From a virus (Duplodnaviria; Caudoviricetes), in the IMG/VR virus record IMGVR_UViG_3300034989_000049, positions 1 through 29,075 of that record: 29,075 nucleotides of DNA. One strand, written 5' to 3'. This document shows, piece by piece, positions 9,238 to 19,495 of this stretch (positions are counted from its first letter, which is position 1; each line of letters starts with the position of its first letter). A model generated the notes under the pieces. It saw only the letters and a list, made by a program, of their open reading frames with translations, searched no databases and had not been told where the DNA came from. A program made the translations under genes and the position numbers.

Positions 9238-12219
9238 ATGGCTGATATATTTGACAAAGTTTCTGCTGAAATGAAAGAAATGCGTTATAAAGAACCAGCA
9301 CAAGAGCGCGGTATTTTACCTTCATTGTTTAGAGGGCTACGTTCTGGGTCTACGGGTGCATTATTAGGTTCATCTTCTCAACGTGTACCTGAAGATGAAT
9401 CATTTATAGAGCATCTTGCATCATTGGGTGGAGAAGTGATATCGGATATTCCAGCCTTTATAGCTGGTGGAGCTTTAGGTGCCCTAGGGGGACCAATTGG
9501 GTCTGCGGCAGGTGCTTTTGCTTTGCCCTCTGCTATTAAAACAGGCAGAGCAGAACTAGAAAAATTAAGTCAAAAACCAACCGAAGTAACTATTGAAGAT
9601 GCATTGGGATCGTTATATACGCTTGGAAAAGAAACTGCAAAGGCAGCCGCCGTTGGAGGAATAACGGGAGCAGCAGGAAAAATTCTTGCACCTATTTTAA
9701 CTAAAGTTCCTGGTTTAGATAAATTAGCTAATTCAAAATTAGGACGTGCTGCTATTGGTGCAGGCGTCGAATATGGAGGTTTAACTGGTGGTAAAGCGTT
9801 AGTTGAGCAAGAATTACCATCAAAACAAGAATTAATTGATAATGCATTGATTATTGGTGGCTTAAAAGGAGCAGCGCTTATAGGTGGCCGTATATCACAA
9901 AAAAGAGCAGGCAAACCATTTATCCCAGAAGAAATTAAGAAAAAAAGCGCTGCTTACACACCAGATGTGGTAAAAGATATTACAGAGTCAGTTAAAAAAT
10001 TTACATTTACCCCCAAGAAGAAAGAGTGGTTTGGTAAGTTAAAAGATTTCTTAGGAGAAAAAGATGCTCAATATGTGAAGAGCACTTTTAAATGGAAAAA
10101 TCAATATGATCGGTTAGTAAAAGAACACAATATACCAAAACAAGATCTTGCCGATATGATTTATTATCGTCAAAAAACAGGTAATCCTTTTATTGAAGGA
10201 GATACCTATGAAGCTCTTAGAAAACGGTTGCATCCTGAAAGTAAAAAGTTTGTTAAAACAGTAGTAGATACACATTTAAAAAACTCATTAAAAGAATGGA
10301 ATGAAAATCCATTAACAAAAAATATTAATCCACGTGAAGGTATGGAAGAATTTTATCTTCCAGGGCTCTATGAATATGATGCAGAAAAGTTTGCGCGTGC
10401 AACTGCCGATATCAGTAAACGCTTTAAGGAAAAAAATCCACTTGCAAATACAAAAGTATTTCTTAATTACTTAGATGCTTATGAAAAAGCAGGCTTAAAA
10501 CCACGATATAAGAATATTTTTGATATTATGCAGGCATATGATCGCACTATGATAAAAGTTCTTGCAAATACAAAACTTGTTAATGATATAAAGAATATTG
10601 AAAAAGCAACCGGCGAACAAATAATTGTACGTGCTCCTCGTAGTGCAGAGTTTAAAAAAGAAAAAATGCTCTATGAACAGGCAAAAAAGATGGGATATGA
10701 ACCATTTAGAGATCCATTTCTTAGAAAAGGAAGCGAAATGCCTGCGTTAGTCAATCCAGACTTTGCATCTGCTTTTCAGGGTGTTTTTTCTCGTGATGCA
10801 TATAAACCAGAACATCCTTTTTGGAAATCATATGATAAAACAAGTAATCTTGTTCGTTATTTCAGAGTATCAGCCTCCCCGCTATTTCACTATACCGCAT
10901 TAGGGGAAAGTGGACTGGGTGCACTTGGACTTAAAATATTTAGACTGCCGGCTATCATGAAGCGTGGAAGAATGTTGCGTGGCGATAGAGAATTCATGAT
11001 GGATGCAGCACGTTCTGGATTAAAACTTAAAAGACCAGAACTTGGTATTGAAGAAGTTAAACGAGGACTAGATAAACTTTCTGATAGTGCATTTAAGAAA
11101 TTGCCTCAGAAATTTCCCGGTAAAAAAATATTTAAAGGTGGTATGGGAAAACTTATTAAAGCACAGAATTATCTTTTTCAGGAATTTCATCCCAATTTAA
11201 AAGCATTTACGTGGCGAGATTTAGTGCAACAAGAGATAGATAGTAGAAAATCTGTTTCAGATTCAGAATTAAAATTAATTAAAAGAGATGTTGCTGAGTA
11301 TGTAAATGATATTTATGGAGGACAAAATTGGGATAGAATGCGCTTTGTAAATAATGAGCGTAATAGAAAGCTTATGAGTAGAACAGTAGGGTATCCTGAC
11401 TGGACGGTTAGTGCAGCGCGTCAAGCAGCAAACGTTTTAAATCCTGGTCTTAAAGGAAAGTTAACAAGGAAATATTGGTTGCGTTATGGAGTTGGGCTTG
11501 CAAGCATTACCGGTCTTTTAAAGTTTATGTACAATGGCTTAGTACAGCGAGATGAAAAAAATAATTCTATTAAAGGGATTAGATTTGATTTCAAACGGGC
11601 TGTTGATAAAACATTGTCTGATCAACCTGGTACATGGTTTAAAATTCCATTACCTGATTTACCAGTAAAAATAGCTGGAAAAGTGAGAAACTTTGGAAGA
11701 AATGAACGGGGTGAACGTCTTTATACACACTTTGGCAAACAAGCATTGGAAATTGGTAATTATATACGTCCTATGAATCAGATGTTTGTAAAAGCAAATC
11801 CTCTTGTTCAAATGTTTTTAAAACAAGTATTAGGCGTAACACCTTATAAAGATCAATATTTTACCGTACGAGGGAAATATAAAGGTGGCAAATTTATGCC
11901 ATGGGATGCAACGGAAGAATTTTCACCAGAACGTCTTGTTTCTCGTGGAAAAGCTATTTTAGATGATGTAATGCCGTTTGGATTTAAATCATTCTATGAA
12001 CACGGTGGTGCTCCATTTATAGCAGCTGGTGCTGGTGCAATTCCAATCTCAAAAGGATTAACATTATTTAAATCAGAATCATACATAGAAGAAGCGCTTA
12101 AAACTAAAAATGTACGATTACTTGCACGTATTAAATCTGCATTGCGTGAAAACAAATATACTGACAGACAAATAAAAAGCCGCATTACACGAGTAAAAAA
12201 TAAACTTAGGGCTCGTTAA
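9238..12219 (+). CDS. Large ejection/internal virion protein
   Basis: 993 aa; glycine-zipper hydrophobic segments (GGALGALGGPIGSAAGAFA) and a helical basic body. Confidence 0.65.
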   Translation: MADIFDKVSAEMKEMRYKEPAQERGILPSLFRGLRSGSTGALLGSSSQRVPEDESFIEHLASLGGEVISDIPAFIAGGALGALGGPIGSAAGAFALPSAIKTGRAELEKLSQKPTEVTIEDALGSLYTLGKETAKAAAVGGITGAAGKILAPILTKVPGLDKLANSKLGRAAIGAGVEYGGLTGGKALVEQELPSKQELIDNALIIGGLKGAALIGGRISQKRAGKPFIPEEIKKKSAAYTPDVVKDITESVKKFTFTPKKKEWFGKLKDFLGEKDAQYVKSTFKWKNQYDRLVKEHNIPKQDLADMIYYRQKTGNPFIEGDTYEALRKRLHPESKKFVKTVVDTHLKNSLKEWNENPLTKNINPREGMEEFYLPGLYEYDAEKFARATADISKRFKEKNPLANTKVFLNYLDAYEKAGLKPRYKNIFDIMQAYDRTMIKVLANTKLVNDIKNIEKATGEQIIVRAPRSAEFKKEKMLYEQAKKMGYEPFRDPFLRKGSEMPALVNPDFASAFQGVFSRDAYKPEHPFWKSYDKTSNLVRYFRVSASPLFHYTALGESGLGALGLKIFRLPAIMKRGRMLRGDREFMMDAARSGLKLKRPELGIEEVKRGLDKLSDSAFKKLPQKFPGKKIFKGGMGKLIKAQNYLFQEFHPNLKAFTWRDLVQQEIDSRKSVSDSELKLIKRDVAEYVNDIYGGQNWDRMRFVNNERNRKLMSRTVGYPDWTVSAARQAANVLNPGLKGKLTRKYWLRYGVGLASITGLLKFMYNGLVQRDEKNNSIKGIRFDFKRAVDKTLSDQPGTWFKIPLPDLPVKIAGKVRNFGRNERGERLYTHFGKQALEIGNYIRPMNQMFVKANPLVQMFLKQVLGVTPYKDQYFTVRGKYKGGKFMPWDATEEFSPERLVSRGKAILDDVMPFGFKSFYEHGGAPFIAAGAGAIPISKGLTLFKSESYIEEALKTKNVRLLARIKSALRENKYTDRQIKSRITRVKNKLRAR

Positions 12220-12370
12220 TTCTGATATATTTGTCTTTGGCTAGTTTTTCTAAAATCAATCTTAGAAGATACATGCGCATCGAAATACATTCATCTGTAG
12301 CAGCTATTTTTATGGCTCTATGAATAACTTCTGGAACTTCAAACGTTATACGTACTCTTTTTTTTTTCAT
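12206..12370 (-). CDS. Ribbon-helix-helix (Arc/Mnt/ParG-like) regulator
   Basis: MKKKRVRITFEVPEVIHRAIKIAATDECISMRMYLLRLI has the alternating beta-strand plus two helices pattern; -10-like TACACT 6 nt upstream of the ATG (leaderless). Confidence 0.7.
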   Translation of the reverse strand: MKKKRVRITFEVPEVIHRAIKIAATDECISMRMYLLRLILEKLAKDKYIRINEP

Positions 12371-12522
12371 ACATATAGTGTAACATATTGTCACAATTGT
12401 GTCTCATTCTTTGGGGCTTTATTGCCTCTGATAGCACCCTATGTGATACTGATGACAGTAGTAATATATGTATCGCTCATGACCATGATATAAGTGGTAA
12501 TGAAAACAAAAAAGGAGCCCTG

Positions 12523-15500
12523 ATGGGTAGTTATGTAAAGAATGCCGTGGGTGTAAAATCGCCACGCGTTGAAGTGTTTCCTCGTCCAAAGGAAGCTAAT
12601 CGGGTACCTACTACAAATGACCTTGAGTATCCTATTGGGCAGCTATGGATTTATGCTGAAGGATCTGGCACAGATGATGTCTATATTCTGGCAGCAAAAC
12701 AACTGGGAAGTGCGCGTTGGCTTAATTTGAGTGGGGCAAGCGGTCAATTTGAAAATATAACCGTTATTGACGATGCAACTATTGGAGCAAATCTTACCGC
12801 TTCTGGAACTATTACATTTGATGGATTGACTGCAGGTACGGCATTATTAAGTGCCGCTGGCGTAATGAGTTCTTTGGCGCATGGTACTGACGGCCAGGTA
12901 CTTATTGGTGATACGGGAGCTGGTGTTCCTAGTTGGAGTGGTTTAACAGCTGGAGCTGGTATTAATATTACCACTGGCGCACACAGTATCACAATTACTG
13001 CAACAGGAGCAGTTGCTTCTACGTTTCCAACAGATGCGGGAACAGCAACACCGGCAGCAGGAGCAACAACCATTGCAGGAGGTACAAATATTAACACTGC
13101 TGGTGCAGGTTCAACGGTTACTATTAATCTTGATAATAGTCCTTCTGTTTCTGGTTCTCTTACGGCAGGTGTGGATCTTAATATGACATCTGGGGACTGT
13201 ACTATTACCGGTACAACAGATGCTCCACGCACAATTTACTTGCATGCAAATGGTGGTACGTCAGAAGGAATAGAACTTCACGCTGATCAAGGAACTGGGT
13301 ATGATTCTATTTATGCACATTCGGATGTTGGTGGTTTAGCTTTTGTAGCCGGTCTTAATACTTCCGATGCCATAACGATTGAAGCTACTAATGGTGGCAT
13401 TGACGTATATGCTGCAACCAATATCAATATATTGTCCGATAAAAATACTGCGGACGCAATAGTTATGACTGCAAGTGCTGGTGGCATTGATATTATTTCT
13501 ACCGGTGGTGCTGGTGAAGACATTGATATAACTGCCAGTTCTTCTATTAATCTTACTTCTACAGAAAATGCTGCACATGCAATTGTATTGCATGCTAATG
13601 GAGGTACCGCTGAAACAATTCATCTTCATGCCGATCAAGGAACAGGTGCTAATTCAATTGACCTTGTTTCAGATGTTGGTGGTTTTACACTCACCACAGG
13701 GTTAGCTGCTAACGATGCCATTAATCTTGTTGCTACAAACGGCGGTATTGATATGGATGGTGCCTTACAAGTTAATATAGCGTCTTCTCAAGCAGCTGCT
13801 GATGCAATTGTTCTTGATGCTTCAGACGCCGCTGGTGGTATAGATATTGACTATGGAACTGGAGGGATGACTGTAGATGGAGCCAATGGTGCATATACCC
13901 TCCAAACCGGAACCGGTGCAATAAATATAGGTGCAGATGCCGCTGCAAAAACTCTCACTATAGGTAATCAAACAGGTGCAACTGCAGTTAATATTGACTA
14001 TGGAACGGGCGGCATGGTTGTTGATGGTATCAATAGTGATTTCACTCTTCAAACGGGAACCGGTGACCTTAGAATTGGGGCTGATTTAACTGATCATAAT
14101 ATTTATATTGGAAGTGTAGCCGGTGTAAACGCTTGTCAGCTATCGGCTGGAACGGGCGGTATAGCGGTCGCTGCTATAGGGTCAGTTGTTATTGGGTCTG
14201 ATAGTGATCAACTGTATCTTAGCACACCTTATGATGCAGCAGATGCAATTATTATACAAACTAATGGTGGCACTTCAGAAACAATTCATCTTGAAAATAA
14301 ACAAGGAACCGCCGCAAATGCAATTGATATAGAGGCTGAGGCTGGTGGTATTACACTGACAGCTGCGCTTAATACTGCTGATGCTATTAATTTAAATGCA
14401 ACAGATGCAGCAGGTGGTATTGACGTAGACTATGGAACGGGGGGTATGGCAGTTGATGGTGCTAATGGAGCATTCACGCTACAAACCGGAACGGGAGCAG
14501 TCAATCTAGGAACAGATGCGGTTGCAAAGACCATCACTATAGGAAATACGACAGGGGCTACTGCGGTCAATGTTAATGCTGGAACAGGTGGTTTTAATAT
14601 TAATACAACAGGAACTGGTGGTATTGCACTTACTTCTACTGATACGTTTTTAATTGATGCTGCAAGCAACATGGAATTTAATTCCTCTGCAGGTCCTATA
14701 TACATTGGAAATGATGGAGTAGATCAACCAATAAATATAGGTACAGGAGCCTCTAATAGAATATTGACCGTCGGTAATATTACAGGAACTACTTCTGTTG
14801 TAATGGATTGTGGAACTGGTGGTATAAGTATTGGTGCATCTGCGACTGCACATACTACTACTTTAGGGTCTGTTGATACAACGTCTGATACTGTGTTACA
14901 AGCTGGTACAGGAGGTTGTAAATTTGATTCACGAGGTGTTTATAACATCGATGCAATAGGCAATGTAACCATTGACAGTATTACTGGATCAATATCTATA
15001 GGCTCGGATGCTGATGCTCATCCAATAAATATAGGGACCGGTGCAGCTGCTAGAACTATCACCATAGGTAATGTAACAGGAGTAACACAAATTGATCTTA
15101 ATTGTGGAAGCGGTGGTGTCAATGTAGGAACATCTGCCACAGCGCATACTACTACTATTGGTTCAACAACCACTACGTCTTCTACGGTTATTCAATCTGG
15201 AACTGGAAATGTTATTGTTACTTCTGCTGATGACATTACCGTTGATGGTGCTGGTGTCTTAGAATTGAATTCGAGCGGTGGCATCATTAGTATTGGTAAC
15301 GATGCAAATGCCTATGGAATCAACATTGGTACAGGGGCTGCTGCCAGAACTCTCACGGTTGGTAATACGACTGGGGCAACACAAATTGATCTCAATTGCG
15401 GTACTGGAGGGGTTAACGTAGGAACATCTGCCACAGCTCATACTACAACGGTTGGTTCTACAAATACTACGTCTGCGACTGTTATTCAGTCTGGAACCGG

Positions 15501-16086
15501 AGATGTTAATATTACATCAACGGATGCTATTACTCTTGATGGGGCTGGTATTTTAACATTGAATGCCAATACAGCTATAATTGCCATGAATAATGATATT
15601 CTTATGGATTGTGCCGATGTTATAGAATTGAATTCAAGTGGTGGTGCTATTAGTATTGGTAATGATGCTGATGCATATGGTGTTAATATAGGTACTGGAG
15701 CTGCTAATAGAGATATTGTGATTGGTAATTCTACAGCAGGTTCAAGCATTACCCTTACAGGTGGAAACACTGGTGATATTCAAGCAACGCCTGCCACTAA
15801 CAGTGTTGCGGGTGTGGCATTAACATTAAGTGCTAAAGTTGGTGTTGCAACATTTACGGGTCAATCAACGGCCTCTGGGGCTGCTCAAACATTTACCATT
15901 ACAAATACAGAAGTATCTGCAAGTTCAGGTATATTAGTGACAGTTGCAAATGTTGGTACAAATGATGCTCAAATGACTTTACAGCAAGTAAAACCAGCAT
16001 CCGGATCGTTTGAAGTAAAAACAAAGAACAATGGAGGAAACTTCTTAAACGGGGATGTTATAATATCATTTTGGGTACTTAACTAA
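12523..16086 (+). CDS. Giant repetitive tail fibre/spike (about 1187 aa)
   Basis: AAGGAG RBS before ATG 12523; G/T/A-rich repeats (LHANGGT.ETI.LHADQGT; INIGTGAAART.T.GN.TG; DCGTGGVNVGTSATAHTTT). Confidence 0.8.
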   Translation: MGSYVKNAVGVKSPRVEVFPRPKEANRVPTTNDLEYPIGQLWIYAEGSGTDDVYILAAKQLGSARWLNLSGASGQFENITVIDDATIGANLTASGTITFDGLTAGTALLSAAGVMSSLAHGTDGQVLIGDTGAGVPSWSGLTAGAGINITTGAHSITITATGAVASTFPTDAGTATPAAGATTIAGGTNINTAGAGSTVTINLDNSPSVSGSLTAGVDLNMTSGDCTITGTTDAPRTIYLHANGGTSEGIELHADQGTGYDSIYAHSDVGGLAFVAGLNTSDAITIEATNGGIDVYAATNINILSDKNTADAIVMTASAGGIDIISTGGAGEDIDITASSSINLTSTENAAHAIVLHANGGTAETIHLHADQGTGANSIDLVSDVGGFTLTTGLAANDAINLVATNGGIDMDGALQVNIASSQAAADAIVLDASDAAGGIDIDYGTGGMTVDGANGAYTLQTGTGAINIGADAAAKTLTIGNQTGATAVNIDYGTGGMVVDGINSDFTLQTGTGDLRIGADLTDHNIYIGSVAGVNACQLSAGTGGIAVAAIGSVVIGSDSDQLYLSTPYDAADAIIIQTNGGTSETIHLENKQGTAANAIDIEAEAGGITLTAALNTADAINLNATDAAGGIDVDYGTGGMAVDGANGAFTLQTGTGAVNLGTDAVAKTITIGNTTGATAVNVNAGTGGFNINTTGTGGIALTSTDTFLIDAASNMEFNSSAGPIYIGNDGVDQPINIGTGASNRILTVGNITGTTSVVMDCGTGGISIGASATAHTTTLGSVDTTSDTVLQAGTGGCKFDSRGVYNIDAIGNVTIDSITGSISIGSDADAHPINIGTGAAARTITIGNVTGVTQIDLNCGSGGVNVGTSATAHTTTIGSTTTTSSTVIQSGTGNVIVTSADDITVDGAGVLELNSSGGIISIGNDANAYGINIGTGAAARTLTVGNTTGATQIDLNCGTGGVNVGTSATAHTTTVGSTNTTSATVIQSGTGDVNITSTDAITLDGAGILTLNANTAIIAMNNDILMDCADVIELNSSGGAISIGNDADAYGVNIGTGAANRDIVIGNSTAGSSITLTGGNTGDIQATPATNSVAGVALTLSAKVGVATFTGQSTASGAAQTFTITNTEVSASSGILVTVANVGTNDAQMTLQQVKPASGSFEVKTKNNGGNFLNGDVIISFWVLN

Positions 16087-16106
16087 GACTCTCACATTAG
16101 GTAACG

Positions 16107-16141
16107 GGCGTGCTATCATGGTGATGGTGCGTCATCTTTAT
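16107..16141 (+). terminator. Candidate terminator
   Basis: G-U-rich stem GGCGTGCTATCA/TGATGGTGCGTC followed by a weak T tract. Confidence 0.4.
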
Positions 16142-16186
16142 GTTAGAATTGCCTATATGTTTAATTTTTAAAAAAAAGGATAGATT

Positions 16187-16504
16187 ATGGCAGAAGAGGT
16201 ACAAAAAGAAACAACAGAAAATAAACCAGAAGAGCAAGAAATAAAGAAAAAAAGTCTTTTAATTGCTCATCCTGATGGAGATTGTTTATTTTATTTTCCT
16301 GAAAATGCTAAGATTGAATTACTTGAACAGGCAGCTTATCGACTTCTTTCAGAGTTTATTATAGCCCATCATCGTCCAGCAGTTATTGAGAGTTACAAAA
16401 AAGCACTTATTGAAGAAGCACAAGCAGAAAAATCAGAGGATAAAGAAGTCGGCGCAGTAGAAAAATCAGAGGATACAAAAAAACAAACTGATAGATTGAA
16501 ATAA
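16187..16504 (+). CDS. Hypothetical protein (possible fibre chaperone)
   Basis: AAGGA RBS; 105-aa ORF after the fibre. Confidence 0.7.
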   Translation: MAEEVQKETTENKPEEQEIKKKSLLIAHPDGDCLFYFPENAKIELLEQAAYRLLSEFIIAHHRPAVIESYKKALIEEAQAEKSEDKEVGAVEKSEDTKKQTDRLK

Positions 16505-16509
16505 GATAC

Positions 16510-16538
16510 GGGGTTATGCATGCATGACCCCTTTTTTT
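16510..16538 (+). terminator. Intrinsic terminator
   Basis: GGGGTTATG-CATG-CATGACCCC followed by T7. Confidence 0.75.
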
Positions 16539-16554
16539 AAAAAAAGGAGTTTTT

Positions 16555-16878
16555 ATGAAGAGTAATTATATAACCCCTATGGTATTACAGTCTATTGATA
16601 CAGCTGGTATTGCAGACGGAGCATATTCTGTGCTCGATGCAGATGGAGTGGATGGTCCTTTATCAAGCATACGATTTTTTAATAATTCTGATACAGATGT
16701 CTTTGTAAGCATTGATGGCACAAATGATCACTGGGTAGTTCCTGCTGATTATGAATATTCTGATAATTTTCAATCTAATAGTCAAAGAGAAGGTGTTCTT
16801 AAAAAAGGAACCAAAATATATGTCCGTGGCACAGCTGGGACTGGCTACTTTTATGTGTCCGGATATTATCAAGAATAG
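16555..16878 (+). CDS. Small beta-sandwich virion protein, paralogue 1
   Basis: AAGGAG RBS; shares N..D.....S.DG.N.....PA and GT..YV motifs with the next gene. Confidence 0.7.
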   Translation: MKSNYITPMVLQSIDTAGIADGAYSVLDADGVDGPLSSIRFFNNSDTDVFVSIDGTNDHWVVPADYEYSDNFQSNSQREGVLKKGTKIYVRGTAGTGYFYVSGYYQE

Positions 16879-16886
16879 GAGAGGAA

Positions 16887-17222
16887 ATGGCAGATTTAAG
16901 CGTTATATTTGAGATGGATGACGGAAGATCGCTTGCATTTGGTTCCATCGGAGTTGATTATACTGCAATAGGAACCGCATTTGATTATCCGGCGGTAGAG
17001 GTTTTGATACAGAATTTGACGGATGCAACGTTGTCTTTTTCTACAGATGGGATAAATGAAAAATGTAAGCTTCCAGCAGCCGGATATCGTGAGATTGATA
17101 TTGCGACTAATAGACAAGGTGCAAAAAGTGCTGAGATGGAAGTTGGAACTACCTTCTATGTAAAACAGGTAGGGGTTCCTACAACAGGAACTGTTGAAGT
17201 TGCTATGAGTTACTTGAGATAA
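16887..17222 (+). CDS. Small beta-sandwich virion protein, paralogue 2
   Basis: GGAGAGG RBS; motif similarity to 16555-16878. Confidence 0.7.
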   Translation: MADLSVIFEMDDGRSLAFGSIGVDYTAIGTAFDYPAVEVLIQNLTDATLSFSTDGINEKCKLPAAGYREIDIATNRQGAKSAEMEVGTTFYVKQVGVPTTGTVEVAMSYLR

Positions 17223-17232
17223 GGGGAAAAAC

Positions 17233-19494
17233 ATGTCTAAAACAGGCTCATATTTTAATCCAGAGTTATTAGGATATGTTTCGACATTAACCGGTGATAG
17301 TGGTGGTGCAATTTCTCCTCTTGCTGGAAATATAACGCTTGAAGGTGGCGCTAATATAGAAACTATTGGTGTTGCAGGTAGTCATAAAATCACATTTGAT
17401 CTTGATGATGATATTATTCTTACCAGTGTAACTGCAGATTTATTTTACACATCAGATGCGGTAGATGGTTTAACAATTACAGGCAATACCATCTTGGCAG
17501 ATGGAAGTAATGCAGATATCGATATTGATATAGAACCAAAAGGAAATGGTGTTATAAATACAAGTTATATTTTGGCAACAGGAACTATTGGTGCTAATGA
17601 ATTATATACTACCACACTAGCTACGGGCTTAACACTTACTGATAATGAAATCAGAGCAGTAGGAAGTGATACTAATGTAGATATTAGTCTTGTTCCAAAA
17701 GGAACCGGAGCAGTTCTCGTAAATGGATCCGCTGCTATAACAGGTACATTGTTGGTAGATACACTTTATACATCTAATACAGCAACAGGATTGACTATTA
17801 CTGATAATACTATTGTTGCAGATGGAAGTGATGCCAATATAGATGTAACTATTACTCCCAAAGGAACGGGTGTTTTGTCAAGCACAGAACTTACACTAAC
17901 GGGCAAAGTAAACTTGCCTACTACAACAGCAGATGTGGGACAAATTACCATTAACAGTATCCCCTATTTTCATGCATACGGTTCATCTAATGTATATATT
18001 GGAGGAGCAGGAAATTTTACTGAAATTGGGGTGGGTAGTTGTATTGGAATAGGAGAAGATGTTTTATATTCACAAACCACTGGTAATAAAAACATTGGAA
18101 TTGGTTATCAGGCATTATTTGATTTACAGGATGGGTATTCAAATGTTGTAGTAGGACGCGGAGCAGGGAGTAGCATCACCTCCGGCACACAAAATACTAT
18201 ATATGGGTCAGGCGCTTTATCACTTGCTGAGGATGCACATGATAATATAGCAATTGGAATAAATGCTGCATATACATATCAAACTACTGAATCGAGAAAT
18301 ATTATCATAGGACATTCTGGAGTGGTTGGTGATAATGATACTATAAGAATTGGAAATACACATTCGTTATGTTATATAGCCGGAATTGAAAGTGTAACAC
18401 CAAGTGGTGGTGTTGATCGCGGCGTTGTTATTGTAAATTCAATTGACCAACTTGGATCTACACTTACGCCTACATTGACCAGTGTGACTGCAGATACATT
18501 TTATACATCTGATGCAGCAGATGGTCTTACAATTACAAGTGACTCTATTACAGCCGATGGAACTAATACAAACATTGATATTTCGTTGTTTCCCAAGGGA
18601 GGGGGTGCTGTTTTAGTAGATGGATCTGTTGTAGCACAAGGAGCTATAGGAGGACAACCCATTTATACTACAAGTTTAACAAAAGCTTTATCTCTTTCTA
18701 CTAATGAGGTATCTGCTACTGGAACCGATGCAAACATTGATATCAAATTGACACCAAAAGGAACTGGAATTGTTTTAGTAACGGGAGGTGTTTTGGCAAC
18801 CGGAACCGTTGCAGCATATGGATTTTATACTAATATAGATCCAGCTATTGGACTTGTCCTTACGGCAAATGAAATAGGGGCTGCTGGAACCGATGCAAAC
18901 ATTGATATCAAATTGACACCAAAAGGAACTGGAGTCATTACTGGTACCGAACTCACCTTAACAACAGCATTAGCAGTTGGCTATGGTGGAACTGGATTGA
19001 CGGCTCCTACCGATCACTGTGTACTTGTTGGATCAGGTGCAGCTGCAATTACACCAATAACAGCAGGAACAAATGGACAAGTACTTCTTGGCTCAACAAA
19101 TAATGATCCCGTTTTTTCTTCTGTTACAGAAGGTACAAATATAGATATTACCGAAGGAGCTGGTACGCTTGCAGTTGCTACTACAAAATCAGAAATTAAT
19201 GCACAAACAGGAACCACGTATCAACTGGCAGCTGGAGACGCTGGAAAAACAATAACACTTACAAACGCAGCAGCTATTACATTAACAGTACCAGCAAATG
19301 CAACGGTTGCTTTTGAAATAGGAACCGTCATCTCTATAGGGCAAGGAGGAGCTGGAACAGTAACAGTAGCACCCGCAGGAGGCGTTACTATAAATTCCGT
19401 TGGAGCACTTACTGATCTATCTGGAACTTATGCAATGGCAACATTAACAAAAACCGATACAAATATTTGGTGGCTCGCTGGAAGCCTGTCTTAG
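17233..19494 (+). CDS. Second tail fibre (753 aa)
   Basis: Six NIDI.L.PKG.G repeats, a central beta-helix (N.GIG..AL), and an INAQTGTTY...W.LAGSL C-terminal domain common in phage fibres. Confidence 0.8.
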   Translation: MSKTGSYFNPELLGYVSTLTGDSGGAISPLAGNITLEGGANIETIGVAGSHKITFDLDDDIILTSVTADLFYTSDAVDGLTITGNTILADGSNADIDIDIEPKGNGVINTSYILATGTIGANELYTTTLATGLTLTDNEIRAVGSDTNVDISLVPKGTGAVLVNGSAAITGTLLVDTLYTSNTATGLTITDNTIVADGSDANIDVTITPKGTGVLSSTELTLTGKVNLPTTTADVGQITINSIPYFHAYGSSNVYIGGAGNFTEIGVGSCIGIGEDVLYSQTTGNKNIGIGYQALFDLQDGYSNVVVGRGAGSSITSGTQNTIYGSGALSLAEDAHDNIAIGINAAYTYQTTESRNIIIGHSGVVGDNDTIRIGNTHSLCYIAGIESVTPSGGVDRGVVIVNSIDQLGSTLTPTLTSVTADTFYTSDAADGLTITSDSITADGTNTNIDISLFPKGGGAVLVDGSVVAQGAIGGQPIYTTSLTKALSLSTNEVSATGTDANIDIKLTPKGTGIVLVTGGVLATGTVAAYGFYTNIDPAIGLVLTANEIGAAGTDANIDIKLTPKGTGVITGTELTLTTALAVGYGGTGLTAPTDHCVLVGSGAAAITPITAGTNGQVLLGSTNNDPVFSSVTEGTNIDITEGAGTLAVATTKSEINAQTGTTYQLAAGDAGKTITLTNAAAITLTVPANATVAFEIGTVISIGQGGAGTVTVAPAGGVTINSVGALTDLSGTYAMATLTKTDTNIWWLAGSLS
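18719..18933 (+). repeat. Exact 50-bp direct repeat within the fibre gene
   Basis: 18719-18768 is identical to 18884-18933 (offset 165 bp, 55 codons). Confidence 0.9.
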
Positions 19495-19495
19495 C

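Noticed and set aside
12388-12522. N-terminal extension of the giant fibre
   Set aside because: No RBS at 12388; strong AAGGAG before 12523; the region is a divergent intergenic spacer.
12744-15770. Antisense ORFs inside the fibre (also those at 668-1027, 9570-9914, 16896-17234, 22228-22608)
   Set aside because: Shadow frames caused by codon bias and repeats of the real + strand genes.
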